In this document: one piece after another, positions 36,372 to 46,402 of the stretch
Position numbering within the stretch: position 1 is the stretch's first letter
Layout: each line of letters opens with the position of its first letter
Virus record (IMG/VR): IMGVR_UViG_3300013233_000702
Reading direction: 5' to 3' (one strand)
Source of the DNA: an uncultured virus (IMG/VR IMGVR_UViG_3300013233_000702)
Lineage: Duplodnaviria; Heunggongvirae; Uroviricota; Caudoviricetes
DNA: 64,000 nt
The notes under the pieces: model-generated
What the model was told of the DNA's origin: nothing
The model's database searches: none
Seen by the model: only the letters and a program-made list of their open reading frames with translations
Translations under genes and position numbers: made by a program

Positions 36372-36881
36372 CTACTGGAGGTCCAGCCAGGTGTGCTGGA
36401 CGTCCTCCGGTATGATCTGGGCTATCTTCTGTATCTCTTCCTGCTGTCCGTGCAGGACGTCCTGCTTGACGCTCCGTATGGCATCAGCCTCCTTCTGGAG
36501 CGCCCCGACCACCTTCTGGAGGCTGGCCGCAGCCTCCTTGCGGGCATCCTCGGGCTGCTTCTTATCCTTTATGGTGCGGAGGGAGGTCCTGATGAGTTGC
36601 TTGACCTTCCTGGTGGCGTTGGTCTCCTTGAGGCCGTCGAGCAGGTCTACGGCGACCTGTAGGGCGTCGCTGATCTTTGGGGTGTTGGCGAGGAGCTCGA
36701 CGGCGCGCCGGTTGTCCTTTATGGCCTCCTCCCATTCTTCGCGGGGCAGGAGGCCGTGATCTCCTTGGGGCTTGCCCATGGCCATTTCCTTGGCCTTTCC
36801 GGCTATTCCGGCTATTCCCTTGATCTTGTCAAGGAGGCCTTCCTCGATCACTTCGTCGGCGAGGGTCCTGAGGTCAGTCAT
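36372..36881 (-). CDS. helical hypothetical protein (possible virion internal protein)
   Basis: MTDLRTLADEVIEEGLLDKIKG; preceded by CAAAGATA at 36905-36912. Confidence 0.65.
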   Translation of the reverse strand: MTDLRTLADEVIEEGLLDKIKGIAGIAGKAKEMAMGKPQGDHGLLPREEWEEAIKDNRRAVELLANTPKISDALQVAVDLLDGLKETNATRKVKQLIRTSLRTIKDKKQPEDARKEAAASLQKVVGALQKEADAIRSVKQDVLHGQQEEIQKIAQIIPEDVQHTWLDLQ

Positions 36882-36918
36882 CGTTCGTCTCCGTGGTCCA
36901 TACGTATCTTTGCATGCG

Positions 36919-37677
36919 CTATCTTCTCGCCCATTGGCGTTCCGCTTCCCTTACCGTCTCCTCGATGTCCGCCTTGACGTAGGTCGCGCGCGGGCAGTCC
37001 ACATACCCCCATAGCCTCATCATGTGGTCGTACTTGGCCTCGGGCAGGTTAACTATGATCTGGCCACCGACTGCCAACATCAGCATGGGGTCGCCTGTGC
37101 TGATTCCGACGTACCTTCCTATCGCGGCGTAACAGCAGATCAGGTCGTCCACCGGCAGGTCGAAGACCGGAACCACGTTCTTGAGCTTCATGTTGTTCTC
37201 GCCGATGCCGAACTGCAGCACCGTGAAGTTCCTGGACAGCAGGTCGACCAGCTTCTGCGTATCGTCCACGGACAGCTGCCGGTAGTCCCTCCAGAAGTCG
37301 GAACAGTTCGAGACGAAAGCGACCGGATTGTCATGACCCCTGATAAGCTCCTTGCCCCTCTGCAGCTCCTCGTCCGAGACCTGCACGCTGGGCAGATAGT
37401 CGTCGACTGGGAGACCCAACGTGCGTAGCTTCCTCCTTGACTCGTGGTCGTCGCCGATCATGTCCGCGCCGTGCAGCACGGCGTGCTTTCCAGAGATCCG
37501 CACCTTGCACAGTCCTCGGAAGAACCTAGCAAACCGGGCACCGCGCGGAGCTATCTCGACGACGCAGTCTGGATCAGCCCTGGCGATGGGCGTCAGGGTC
37601 AACAGGTCACCCATGCCATGAGCAGGATCCGGAAGTCCTATAACCCGTACTGCGGGAGTGTCGGCCGCGTCAGACAT
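36919..37677 (-). CDS. GT9-like glycosyltransferase
   Basis: HGMGDLLTLTP; YVGISTGDPMLMLAVG. Confidence 0.6.
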   Translation of the reverse strand: MSDAADTPAVRVIGLPDPAHGMGDLLTLTPIARADPDCVVEIAPRGARFARFFRGLCKVRISGKHAVLHGADMIGDDHESRRKLRTLGLPVDDYLPSVQVSDEELQRGKELIRGHDNPVAFVSNCSDFWRDYRQLSVDDTQKLVDLLSRNFTVLQFGIGENNMKLKNVVPVFDLPVDDLICCYAAIGRYVGISTGDPMLMLAVGGQIIVNLPEAKYDHMMRLWGYVDCPRATYVKADIEETVREAERQWARR

Positions 37678-38335
37678 CGCTACCCTCGAACACCGCATAT
37701 CCGTTGCGGACGCCCCTATTCTGGAATGTACACCTGTACCCATCATGGGTTCTCAGATAGCTGTAGGCATCCCAGTTCTTGATATCCCATACGTCGTCTA
37801 GGACGTACGTTCCGGTACCCAGCGTAGCCTTCATCTCCGCCATGCCGGAGAATGCCGAACCATCGATCAGGACCATGTCCGGGCGGTCGCAGCGCATCGT
37901 CCTGCACGCTGCGGCGATGCCGTCGTGGTCGACGTCCGCAGACTCGGCAATGTCCTCCCTACGCCATCGCTGGAGCATATCCACGGAGAATCTGCGCATC
38001 GGCAGGTCAGGATGGGCATGCCAGAATTCAGCTATCTGGTCGTCCGTCATCCATCCGGAGACCGGCACGGAGGATGCCCTGATGCAGTGGACGAACGGGT
38101 GCCTGGAGACGTTCCTGACGAGCGCATCGAAGCGCGGCTTCACGCACTCTAGACAGCACAATTGGCACTCTAGGCCAGCCTCCAGGATGCCCCGGACGAA
38201 CGCCTGAGTGCTGCCAAGGCCCGTAGACGAGCCTATCTCGACAATGGTTCTGGGCTTCCTGGTCTTCACGAGCTCTATTATCTTGAAGAACAGCTCGTCG
38301 TCCTTGATCTCCGGGTTAATGTCGGCAGTCTTCAT
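37670..38335 (-). CDS. SAM-dependent methyltransferase-like protein
   Basis: IVEIGSSTGLGST, MVLIDGSAF, VLDD. Confidence 0.7.
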   Translation of the reverse strand: MKTADINPEIKDDELFFKIIELVKTRKPRTIVEIGSSTGLGSTQAFVRGILEAGLECQLCCLECVKPRFDALVRNVSRHPFVHCIRASSVPVSGWMTDDQIAEFWHAHPDLPMRRFSVDMLQRWRREDIAESADVDHDGIAAACRTMRCDRPDMVLIDGSAFSGMAEMKATLGTGTYVLDDVWDIKNWDAYSYLRTHDGYRCTFQNRGVRNGYAVFEGSDV

Positions 38336-38464
38336 CTATTTTCCTTTCATGCTATATTTACCGCTAGAGAACGTCATCCCTCCTGTATCGAAGACTCGAC
38401 TACTTGCTCCTTTCTGCACGATGTGATATAGTGAGGGCAGAGAACCAGCACGGAGGGATCACAA

Positions 38465-38722
38465 ATGCGACAGACCAAGTGTCCAAGGTGCGGTGGAAGG
38501 AAGCAGGTAGTGGCCTACCGAAGGGACGATCCGCTGCTTGAATGCGGGCATGTCCTGACCATAGATGAGCAGCTTGAACGGGACGAGATGAAGCTCATGG
38601 CAAGGGACTTCCTGCACCATGCGGCCCTACTGACGATGAAGCTGAGGGGCGTGGGCTACGCAAAGGCCCTAGAGATGTTCGACGAGACGTACGGGGGCGA
38701 CCAGACCGGCCCTGCACAATGA
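38465..38722 (+). CDS. small Zn-ribbon protein
   Basis: CPRCGG...LECGH. Confidence 0.55.
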   Translation: MRQTKCPRCGGRKQVVAYRRDDPLLECGHVLTIDEQLERDEMKLMARDFLHHAALLTMKLRGVGYAKALEMFDETYGGDQTGPAQ

Positions 38723-38781
38723 GACTGCCCATTTATTCCTGAACGGACCACGATACCGTCCCCTTGAAAGGAGGAACGGCA

Positions 38782-39330
38782 ATGCTGAGAGTAATCTTCT
38801 TCATCCCCGCCCTGATCATCAGCCTGACCCTATCCTGCATCTGGGTAGGCATAATCATGGGCAACGACCGGACCATCGAGTACATGGAGAAGCAATACGA
38901 GGAGAGGCACCAGGAGATCCTGGCAGGCCAGAAGGACGACGAACGGATAGTGCGTGAACTCATCCGGAAGGACACCTCCCCACGCGTCGTCGTGAAGGCC
39001 GAAAGGAAGACCATCCGCCCCGGCGTAGAGGTCAAGACCTATAGGAAGGTAGTCCTGCCGAGCCGGGCCGACGAACGGATTCAGATGCAGATAAAGGAGC
39101 ACGTCGACGAGTGCTACTGGATAGCCGAACGCTCCTTGGACGCGAAGTACCGAACGCAGATGCTGATGCACTTCCCGGAGTGCTGGAAGTACATGACGAC
39201 GCTGGAATACCTCCAGTCCAGGGGAGAACGGGATCCTGAATGGCTCAAGACATGGAAGAGCATCCATCCCGGTGCCATCCAGTTCCTGAAGCGCATGAAG
39301 CCCGTCGACGCCAAGCACGGTTTCAAGTAG
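38782..39330 (+). CDS. membrane-anchored hypothetical protein
   Basis: AGGAGG RBS; N-terminal TM helix. Confidence 0.65.
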   Translation: MLRVIFFIPALIISLTLSCIWVGIIMGNDRTIEYMEKQYEERHQEILAGQKDDERIVRELIRKDTSPRVVVKAERKTIRPGVEVKTYRKVVLPSRADERIQMQIKEHVDECYWIAERSLDAKYRTQMLMHFPECWKYMTTLEYLQSRGERDPEWLKTWKSIHPGAIQFLKRMKPVDAKHGFK

Positions 39331-39380
39331 GGCGTGAAGTATGCCGGCTGACGGAGGTCCGGTCAAACACGGGAGACAGC

Positions 39381-40370
39381 ATGCACTGGCGAGAATCACC
39401 CACACACGATAGTCTGTGGAAGGAGGTCCTGCGGCATTGCCGGGACGACATTGAACCGGTCATGAGGGACCTACGGAAGGAGGCCAAGGCGTTCGTCGAT
39501 GCCCACAAGGCAGTGAAGAAACGATTGGAGGCGGTCTTCCAGATAGAGGAGGAGATTAGAAGCATAGGGGCGGCGGTGGAGGTCGGCACGCACGGTATCT
39601 CGCAGTCTTCACTGGACGACGCGCTGAAGCGCAACGATACAGACTTCTGGGATGCCTTCTTGACAATGTTGGCCACTTCGGAGCGCAGTCTTCCCGGTCC
39701 CAGGGACGCCACTCGTGTCTCCGACGCGGACCTCTGGAACTGCTTCATGAGGCGGATCCCGGATTCGGAGCATCTATTTCCAGACGATGACGACGAATAC
39801 GTCTTCGACACGAGCCTATGGAGCTTCTTGAAGCATAGACGGGAATATCCAGTCTTCAGCCTGGAAAGCATCATTGAAGTCTTCAGCGAGGCCTATGCAA
39901 GGCGCAGGAGCATGTTCATCGGCCTCTTTCGGTCGCTATCCTGGGACCATGCGGTGAACACACCGAAGGCGTTTAGAGGACACGTCGTGATCCATGACGC
40001 CGTCACCGTCTGGAGCCACGGCAGGATGCGCGGCCATTCAGGCCTGAATGCCCTGGCAAGGCACCTAGTGGACGACCTCTACTTGGCCTTCCGGATCCTG
40101 GACGGGAAGCCCGTCGCGGACCGCGAACGCGCCCTGTCGGAGGTCCTGCATGAAGCAATAAGGGACGGCGCAAGGACGAACACGATGAGGCATAGGAACC
40201 TGTTCAAGTTCAAGTGGTTCCGGAACGGGAACCTGCGCATCGGCCTGCTCCAGGCGGACCTCGTCAAGGACATGAACGCCTTAATGAAGAAGCTACCATG
40301 GAGCATAGTACAGGAGAGCTCCGGCCCATCCCGTGCTGCGACCGCCCAGCGAGTCCTGGAGATACCGTGA
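39381..40370 (+). CDS. DUF4942-like domain protein
   Basis: LFRSLSWDHAVNTPKAF and FKFKWFRNGNLRI...DLVKDMN resemble the DUF4942 signature. Confidence 0.65.
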   Translation: MHWRESPTHDSLWKEVLRHCRDDIEPVMRDLRKEAKAFVDAHKAVKKRLEAVFQIEEEIRSIGAAVEVGTHGISQSSLDDALKRNDTDFWDAFLTMLATSERSLPGPRDATRVSDADLWNCFMRRIPDSEHLFPDDDDEYVFDTSLWSFLKHRREYPVFSLESIIEVFSEAYARRRSMFIGLFRSLSWDHAVNTPKAFRGHVVIHDAVTVWSHGRMRGHSGLNALARHLVDDLYLAFRILDGKPVADRERALSEVLHEAIRDGARTNTMRHRNLFKFKWFRNGNLRIGLLQADLVKDMNALMKKLPWSIVQESSGPSRAATAQRVLEIP

Positions 40371-40398
40371 ACGTCGCCGACCTTGACGAATACCGCTC

Positions 40399-41235
40399 AT
40401 GAACATCACCTCCCTGAACAAGGAAGAGTTGCTCGCTGCCATTGAGGCAATCACGCAGATCATGCTCATTGAAGCCAGGTGCTACGTATCACAACGACAG
40501 GCCCTTCTCATCCTGGCCAACGACAAGGTCGACGCTGAAAGAGTATTGAGCGAGATAGAACCACAGAAAAGGACCAGAGGAATCTGCCTTGCAGCCGTCA
40601 AGCAGGACGGCAATGCCCTGCAGCACGTCAAAAAGCAGGACAGGGTTATCTGCCTAGAGGCCGTAAGACAGAACGGACACGCCCTTGATTATGTCAAGAA
40701 GCAAGACAAGGAGATCTGCCTACAGGCGGTAAGGCAGAACGGATGTGCCCTACAGCACGTCAGAAAGCAAGACAGGGAGATTTGCCTCGAGGCCGTCAGG
40801 CAAGTAGGACATGAGGACTTCGCCCTCGAGCATGTCAGGAGAAAGACCAGAGAGATCTGCCTGGAGGCCGTAAGGCAGAACGGATACGTCCTCCAATCCG
40901 TCAAGAAGCAAGACAAGGAGATCTGCCTCGAGGCGGTAAGACAGAACGGCATGACCCTCCAATACGTCCAGGACCAGACTCCAGAAATCTGCCTCGAGGC
41001 GGTAAGACAGAACGGCATGACCCTCCAATACGTCCAGGACCAGACTCCAGAAATCTGCCTAGAGGCCGTAAGACAGAACGGGCGGTCCCTCCGATACGTC
41101 CATGACCAGACTCCGGAGATCTGCCTCGAGGCCGTCAAGCAGGAAGGTATGGTCCTAGAATACGTCCAGGACCAGACTCCGGAGGTCGTCAAGGCCGCAG
41201 TACGGCAGATGGCCTACTCGTTGCGGAAAATATAG
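40399..41235 (+). CDS. DUF4116-like repeat protein
   Basis: 22-aa repeats EICLEAVRQNGxxLxYVxxQ. Confidence 0.85.
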   Translation: MNITSLNKEELLAAIEAITQIMLIEARCYVSQRQALLILANDKVDAERVLSEIEPQKRTRGICLAAVKQDGNALQHVKKQDRVICLEAVRQNGHALDYVKKQDKEICLQAVRQNGCALQHVRKQDREICLEAVRQVGHEDFALEHVRRKTREICLEAVRQNGYVLQSVKKQDKEICLEAVRQNGMTLQYVQDQTPEICLEAVRQNGMTLQYVQDQTPEICLEAVRQNGRSLRYVHDQTPEICLEAVKQEGMVLEYVQDQTPEVVKAAVRQMAYSLRKI

Positions 41236-41240
41236 CCATC

Positions 41241-42299
41241 ATGGACATCACCTCCCTGAACAAGGAAGAGTTGCTCACTGCCATTGAGGCAGTCACGCAG
41301 ATGCTGGCTCTTGAAGCCCACAGCCAACAGAAACGACAGGCCCTTCTCATCCTGGCCAGCGACGAGGTCGACGCTGAAAGAGTATTGAGTGAGATAGAAC
41401 CACAGAGAAGGACCAGAGGAATCTGCCTCGCAGCCGTCAAGCAGGACGGCAATGCTCTACAGCACGTCGACGAGCAGAACAGGAAGATCTGCCTGGAGGC
41501 CGTAAGACAGAACGGATGTACTCTACAGTACGTCAAAAAGCAAGACAGGGAGATCTTCCTCGAGGCCGTAAGACAGAACGGACACGCCCTTGAATGTGTC
41601 AAGAAGCAAGACAAGGAGATCTGCCTAGAGGCCGTAAGACAGAACGGACGTTCACTAGAGCACGTCAGAAAGCAAGACAGGGAGATTTGCCTCGAGGCCG
41701 TCAAGCAGTACGGCAATACTCTGCAGCACGTCGACAAGCAGGACAGGGAGACCTGCCTGGAGGCCGTCAAGGAGGACGGCCATGCCCTAGAGCACGTCAA
41801 GGACCAGGACAGGAGGATCTGCCTTGAGGCCGTAAGACAGGACGGATGCGCCCTAGAGCACGTCAAGAAGCAAGACAAGGAGATCTGCCTAGAGGCCGTA
41901 AGGCAGGCTGGGTACGCCCTAGAGCACGTCAAGGACCAGGACAAGGAGATCTGCCTAGAGGCCGTCAAGCAGGAAGGATGGGCCCTCGTATATGTCAAGA
42001 AGCAAGACAGGGAGATCTGCCTCGAGGCCGTAAGACAGAACGGATATGCCCTAGAGCACGTCAGGAGACAGGGCAGGAAAATCTGCCTCGAGGCCGTAAG
42101 GCAGAACGGCTATGCCCTCCTGTACGTCAAGAAGCAGGACAAGGAGATCTGCCTGGAGGCCGTAAGGCAGAACGGACTGGCACTGGAGTACGTCGATCAG
42201 CAGACGCCCAAGATCTGCATGGAAGCTATCAAGCAGAACAAGGGTGCTATTCAGTTCACGAGAGTCAAGGCAGGTTCAGCAGACGCTAAGGTCATGTAG
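41241..42299 (+). CDS. DUF4116-like repeat protein (recent tandem paralog)
   Basis: near-identical N-terminus to 40399-41235; ~13 repeats. Confidence 0.85.
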   Translation: MDITSLNKEELLTAIEAVTQMLALEAHSQQKRQALLILASDEVDAERVLSEIEPQRRTRGICLAAVKQDGNALQHVDEQNRKICLEAVRQNGCTLQYVKKQDREIFLEAVRQNGHALECVKKQDKEICLEAVRQNGRSLEHVRKQDREICLEAVKQYGNTLQHVDKQDRETCLEAVKEDGHALEHVKDQDRRICLEAVRQDGCALEHVKKQDKEICLEAVRQAGYALEHVKDQDKEICLEAVKQEGWALVYVKKQDREICLEAVRQNGYALEHVRRQGRKICLEAVRQNGYALLYVKKQDKEICLEAVRQNGLALEYVDQQTPKICMEAIKQNKGAIQFTRVKAGSADAKVM

Positions 42300-43086
42300 G
42301 AACGGAGGATATGTCCTCCGGCGCGCCCGGAAACAGCCGCCTAAACGTCCCGACCATTGGACCGACCTTCCTGGAAGGTTCCCCCACAAAGTGATAGACG
42401 ACCTTACCTTTCCGCTCGGCCGAATATCCGACCCTCCAGTCATGCACCGTCCGTACCGCACCGGTCGCTATAAGCCAGTTCAGGACGTGCTCATCGTTCA
42501 CTGGCTTCGACCCCTCCCTGAAGCCCTTGTGGACGAACCTGTCATAGCCCTCGCGCATCGCCCTGAACAGGCCTATGCACCTCCTGGGTACCCCCAGGAC
42601 CCCAGCGTTCGACTTCCTCGTGCGCTCCGCAGCCGCGATCATGGCGAGCGGAACCTCCCTGACGAGGTCACCGCACCCCTGCCTGACCGACCTGTGCCGC
42701 TGCTGAATGGTCAGGACGGCATCCCCGGCGTGTCCCGTCACGTCCTCAAGACGCCCAGTGACCAGGCAGTCACAGTCGAGGTACAGGAGGTAATCGTAGC
42801 CAGACACGTCCATGAACAGGTCCGGGCAGGACTTCGCCTTCAGCCAGTCGAACTCGTTCGCGGCAGGGTCTCCATACTGGCTCCGGAAGAGCCTCTTCCC
42901 GGAGCGGTTCCTGATGGCCTCCAGTGCCGCTCCCTCCAGCACCACCGTGCGGGCTCCCGGAACGGTGCAGGGATGATCCGTAAACACGACGAACGCTCCG
43001 CCGTATCCATGTGCCCTGGCGCCGTGCGCGGCCATCCTAGCCATCGCCGCATACTGCCTGCCGAACGCCACCATGTACGTCAACAT
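42292..43086 (-). CDS. GT-A fold glycosyltransferase-like protein
   Basis: FVVFTD, YLLYLDCDCL, NAGVLG, DEHVLN. Confidence 0.65.
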   Translation of the reverse strand: MLTYMVAFGRQYAAMARMAAHGARAHGYGGAFVVFTDHPCTVPGARTVVLEGAALEAIRNRSGKRLFRSQYGDPAANEFDWLKAKSCPDLFMDVSGYDYLLYLDCDCLVTGRLEDVTGHAGDAVLTIQQRHRSVRQGCGDLVREVPLAMIAAAERTRKSNAGVLGVPRRCIGLFRAMREGYDRFVHKGFREGSKPVNDEHVLNWLIATGAVRTVHDWRVGYSAERKGKVVYHFVGEPSRKVGPMVGTFRRLFPGAPEDISSVPT

Positions 43087-43088
43087 CT

Positions 43089-44711
43089 TCACCCCATCGG
43101 TCCTCCGACTGCCACGTCCGCAAGGTCCAGGGTCAGCTCTATGCTCTCTGGAAACCGGACGTTCCTGTCGTACCATGCCATGGCGGCGACAGCGACCGCC
43201 TTCGTCCTTGCCCTGTCGGCCAGACAGTCCGCGCGGACCCGTTCTATCGCACCGGCTATCTTCTCCGGAGGGTCTCTCCCTGGAACCGCGTCCACGGCGA
43301 AGTAGTGCACGTCAGGGATCAGCGGGTCGTGGAAGACGTTCTTCAACCTCGGCATGATGACCGCCGTGCCCATCCCGAAGCACTCTATCTCCCTATGGCA
43401 GACGTTGCCGTGCCCCGGCAGGGCCAGTGCGAGCAGGTGCCTCGAGCACTCAAGGAGATATCTCTCCATTCCGACCGGATCCCTCTCCGGAACGCCGAGC
43501 AGGTTCAGGATCCTCCTGCGCCCGGCCCATCCCCTACCCCGGAAGAACAGCGACGACGAGCTCCTGCGCATGCCCCGGAGCCTGTCCAGCATCGACTGAC
43601 ACAGCTCAGGGTCCTTCTCGAAGTAGGTGTACGGGACTATCCTGTCGTCCGAATAGTACCCATGGCGGTACTGCGACTTCAGTACCCTCCTGCAGGCGGG
43701 CTCCCTAACTAGCTCACGCACGACGAAGTTGTTCGACGGGTTCAGGTGGTCCTTGAAGTCGGCCACGGCGAACGACCCATCGCTCGACTCTATTATCACG
43801 GTCTTCCGGAGCTGGTGGCGACCGTGCCTGCCCTCGTACGGCTCGGACGTGAACTCCGCAGAATGGCCCCGGGAGCGTATCACCCCCACCACCCTGTGCG
43901 CGACCTGCAGGTGCCAGTCTCCACTGGAGCGCACGAGGTAGGAACGCCGACCACCCACTCCGGAGCCGACCACTCTGCGCCACGTCTCGTACCGGTCGTC
44001 CCCGTAGGACACCGGAAAGTGGACGAAGTGGACCGGTCCCTCCGGACCACTCAATCCGGAGGGACCGCTCCTCAAGCCAGAGTGCAGCCTGTGCAGCCAG
44101 TTGTAGCACGAGGACAGGCAGGAGTGGTCCTGCAGGCCGTGCAGCCAGACCGCCGCCACCAGGGTACCCTGATCCCTGTCGCTCCATGCCGGATCGCCGA
44201 AGACGCTCAGGGTGCTCCGGTGCCAGGTGTCCAGGAAGGACCCGGACTCTGGCCCGAACAGAAAGGCACCGCCGTTCCATATCGGCCAGCCGGGGTCCGG
44301 CCTGGTCCGGAACCTGCGCGCTATGGCATCAGCCAGCCCGATTCCTCTCGTGGCGTACTTGCTGAAGCTCCTTACCGTCTTGCCAGCGTCCCTGCCGAAG
44401 GTTATGGGCGGACGGTAGTGTCCGAAGACGGAGTCTATGCGTCCGGACGCCGGAAGGACGTCGTTGTCCAGATAGTAGGCGACGTCTCCTGGTCCGAGAC
44501 GGACGTGTCGATGCACGCTGGTCTTGAGGTACCGACTGGCCTGGGCGTCGTTCAGAGAGGCCGGTACGTCAACCATGACGTCCACGTCCTTACTGGCACG
44601 CGCCGCCACCGTGACCACCTTGTTCCCGGTGTATCTGCGCAGGAGATCGGCACAGAAAGCAGCCCTCCCGACGTGACGGTCTCCTACGGCAGTCAAGACA
44701 TAGAGATTCAC
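43089..44711 (-). CDS. two-domain glycosyltransferase-like protein (GT8-like plus exostosin/GT-B-like)
   Basis: YYLDND, WNGGAF, DQGTL; C-terminal LFFRG...LALPGHGNVCHREIE. Confidence 0.65.
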   Translation of the reverse strand: MNLYVLTAVGDRHVGRAAFCADLLRRYTGNKVVTVAARASKDVDVMVDVPASLNDAQASRYLKTSVHRHVRLGPGDVAYYLDNDVLPASGRIDSVFGHYRPPITFGRDAGKTVRSFSKYATRGIGLADAIARRFRTRPDPGWPIWNGGAFLFGPESGSFLDTWHRSTLSVFGDPAWSDRDQGTLVAAVWLHGLQDHSCLSSCYNWLHRLHSGLRSGPSGLSGPEGPVHFVHFPVSYGDDRYETWRRVVGSGVGGRRSYLVRSSGDWHLQVAHRVVGVIRSRGHSAEFTSEPYEGRHGRHQLRKTVIIESSDGSFAVADFKDHLNPSNNFVVRELVREPACRRVLKSQYRHGYYSDDRIVPYTYFEKDPELCQSMLDRLRGMRRSSSSLFFRGRGWAGRRRILNLLGVPERDPVGMERYLLECSRHLLALALPGHGNVCHREIECFGMGTAVIMPRLKNVFHDPLIPDVHYFAVDAVPGRDPPEKIAGAIERVRADCLADRARTKAVAVAAMAWYDRNVRFPESIELTLDLADVAVGGPMG

Positions 44712-44905
44712 TTCCTCTCCCATGACATGACCAACATGATAAGGAATCCAACCACGGATCCTGCGGCTCCGCTGTACATCGAGAAGCGTACGCCCGGATA
44801 CGGAAGGACGGCGTACAGTGCAGCCCCGACGATGCAGGTCAGCAGGGATGTCCACGTTGCAAGCAGGACTGCGGCCATCATGGCGTCGCGGGCAGGTCCG
44901 TTCAT
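44708..44905 (-). CDS. small two-TM membrane protein
   Basis: two hydrophobic segments; fits the gap between GT genes. Confidence 0.45.
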   Translation of the reverse strand: MNGPARDAMMAAVLLATWTSLLTCIVGAALYAVLPYPGVRFSMYSGAAGSVVGFLIMLVMSWERK

Positions 44906-44909
44906 GTCG

Positions 44910-45971
44910 TCATCCTATGAAGTCGAGGTACTGTCCTATGACGCTCCCCGGCGCGTACCGCCTGGAGTATATCGCTCCGTTGCGCCCCATTCTCCGGGCC
45001 AGTTCCGGGTCCTCGATCAGGCGGCAGAGGCGGACGTACATCTGGTCAAGGTCGCTGCAGAGGTATCCGTTGTTTCCGTCGACTATCTGGTCGCGGTTGC
45101 CCGCACGGTCGGTGGCGATCACCGGTATGCCTGCGGCGAGGGCCTCGGCCACGGCCCGAGACCATGGTTCGTTCCTCTTCCACCCTATGAAGAAAAGGAA
45201 CACGTCTATGTCCTCGAGGTACCGGCGGACCGGAATGGAGAACTCCCTCCGCACGGTCACGTTCGGGATGCAGGCTATCTCCGCAGCCCTCGCCCTCGGC
45301 ACCCCCATGAAGTCCCACATGATTCTGTCGCCGTGCTTGGCGTTGACCCTGTGTATGAGCTCGGCGTGCTGCTCGTTGAACTTGTATCCGTAGGGCATCG
45401 AGTGCTTGCCTATGCGTATCCTTTCGGACGGAGACCTGACCGTGGAGACGGTAGCCGGATCTATTGGACTGTCGAGCACGGTGCGGGGCAGGTGCCGGAT
45501 CTTGTCGAACTTGTGCTTCTGGGTCACCTCGTCGAAGAAGCGGCGGTTCGCGCACACTATGCGTACGTCCTTGCACTTCGATGCGACCGTATGGAGGTGT
45601 TGTGAGGGCGAAATCACGAAGTTATAGAGGAAGACCATCTGGGGTATCCTGGAGACGTCCACGCTATAGCTATGCCTGTCCGTCCGGCCCTCCCAGTAGT
45701 CGAGCTTGGAGAAAGAGTAGCTGTCGGAGTTGACCACCAGCAGGCTGTCGACGCTGGTCAGGAGGTCCAGACTCGCTCCGGTACTACCGAACACGTCCAG
45801 AGCGATCTGGACTCCCGGGCGGATGCGCCGGCGCACCTCGTCGTTTATCCTGGACTCGCACAGGACGATGCACCTGTGTCCACTATAGCGGACGATGGAG
45901 TTCGCCATCTCGGCAACGCGGTGCTCGGAGCCTCCATTGGAACCGAGCTTGGAGAAGATGCCGATCAGCAT
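44910..45971 (-). CDS. glycosyltransferase family 4 (GT-B)
   Basis: GGSEHR; EPWSRAVAEALAAGIPVIATDRAGNRDQIVDGNNGYL. Confidence 0.9.
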   Translation of the reverse strand: MLIGIFSKLGSNGGSEHRVAEMANSIVRYSGHRCIVLCESRINDEVRRRIRPGVQIALDVFGSTGASLDLLTSVDSLLVVNSDSYSFSKLDYWEGRTDRHSYSVDVSRIPQMVFLYNFVISPSQHLHTVASKCKDVRIVCANRRFFDEVTQKHKFDKIRHLPRTVLDSPIDPATVSTVRSPSERIRIGKHSMPYGYKFNEQHAELIHRVNAKHGDRIMWDFMGVPRARAAEIACIPNVTVRREFSIPVRRYLEDIDVFLFFIGWKRNEPWSRAVAEALAAGIPVIATDRAGNRDQIVDGNNGYLCSDLDQMYVRLCRLIEDPELARRMGRNGAIYSRRYAPGSVIGQYLDFIG

Positions 45972-46402
45972 CCTGCTCCGCGCCTCCACTTGCGGTAGGC
46001 CTCGGAGGCGCACGCCAGGCACACGGCATGTTCACGGTCGACGCCATAGGCCGGAACGCCCTGATGCGTGGAGCAGTCGTTGTCGAACAGGGATTGCTCC
46101 TGCCTGACCGCTCTAGCCGGATCCGGCGTGGAGATCGTCATGGGCGGCGTGGCAGACTCCGGCTCGCCTATGACGGCAACCTCGGTGCGGCGCATCGAGA
46201 GACTGACGCTGCCTACCTGCCCGTCGTCCGGAGGAACGTATGGCCCGGCCAGTAGCTCGTGAAGGGCCTCGATGCCTCCAGTTGCCTTGAGCAGGACGTT
46301 CCTGTCGGTGGGACCCATTTCCTTGACCTGCTGGACCGCCGTCTGGTGCGTCACGGGATCCTTGCTCTGTAGCCTCTTGAGTAGCTCGTCAGGGTCTATC
46401 AT
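45965..46402 (-). CDS. hypothetical protein with C-terminal Cys/His motif
   Basis: start overlaps the GT9 stop; CSTH...CLAC. Confidence 0.55.
   Translation of the reverse strand: MIDPDELLKRLQSKDPVTHQTAVQQVKEMGPTDRNVLLKATGGIEALHELLAGPYVPPDDGQVGSVSLSMRRTEVAVIGEPESATPPMTISTPDPARAVRQEQSLFDNDCSTHQGVPAYGVDREHAVCLACASEAYRKWRRGAGC

Noticed and set aside
40600..42240. CRISPR-like or non-coding repeat array
   Set aside because: The repeats are in-frame 66-bp coding units of DUF4116-like proteins.
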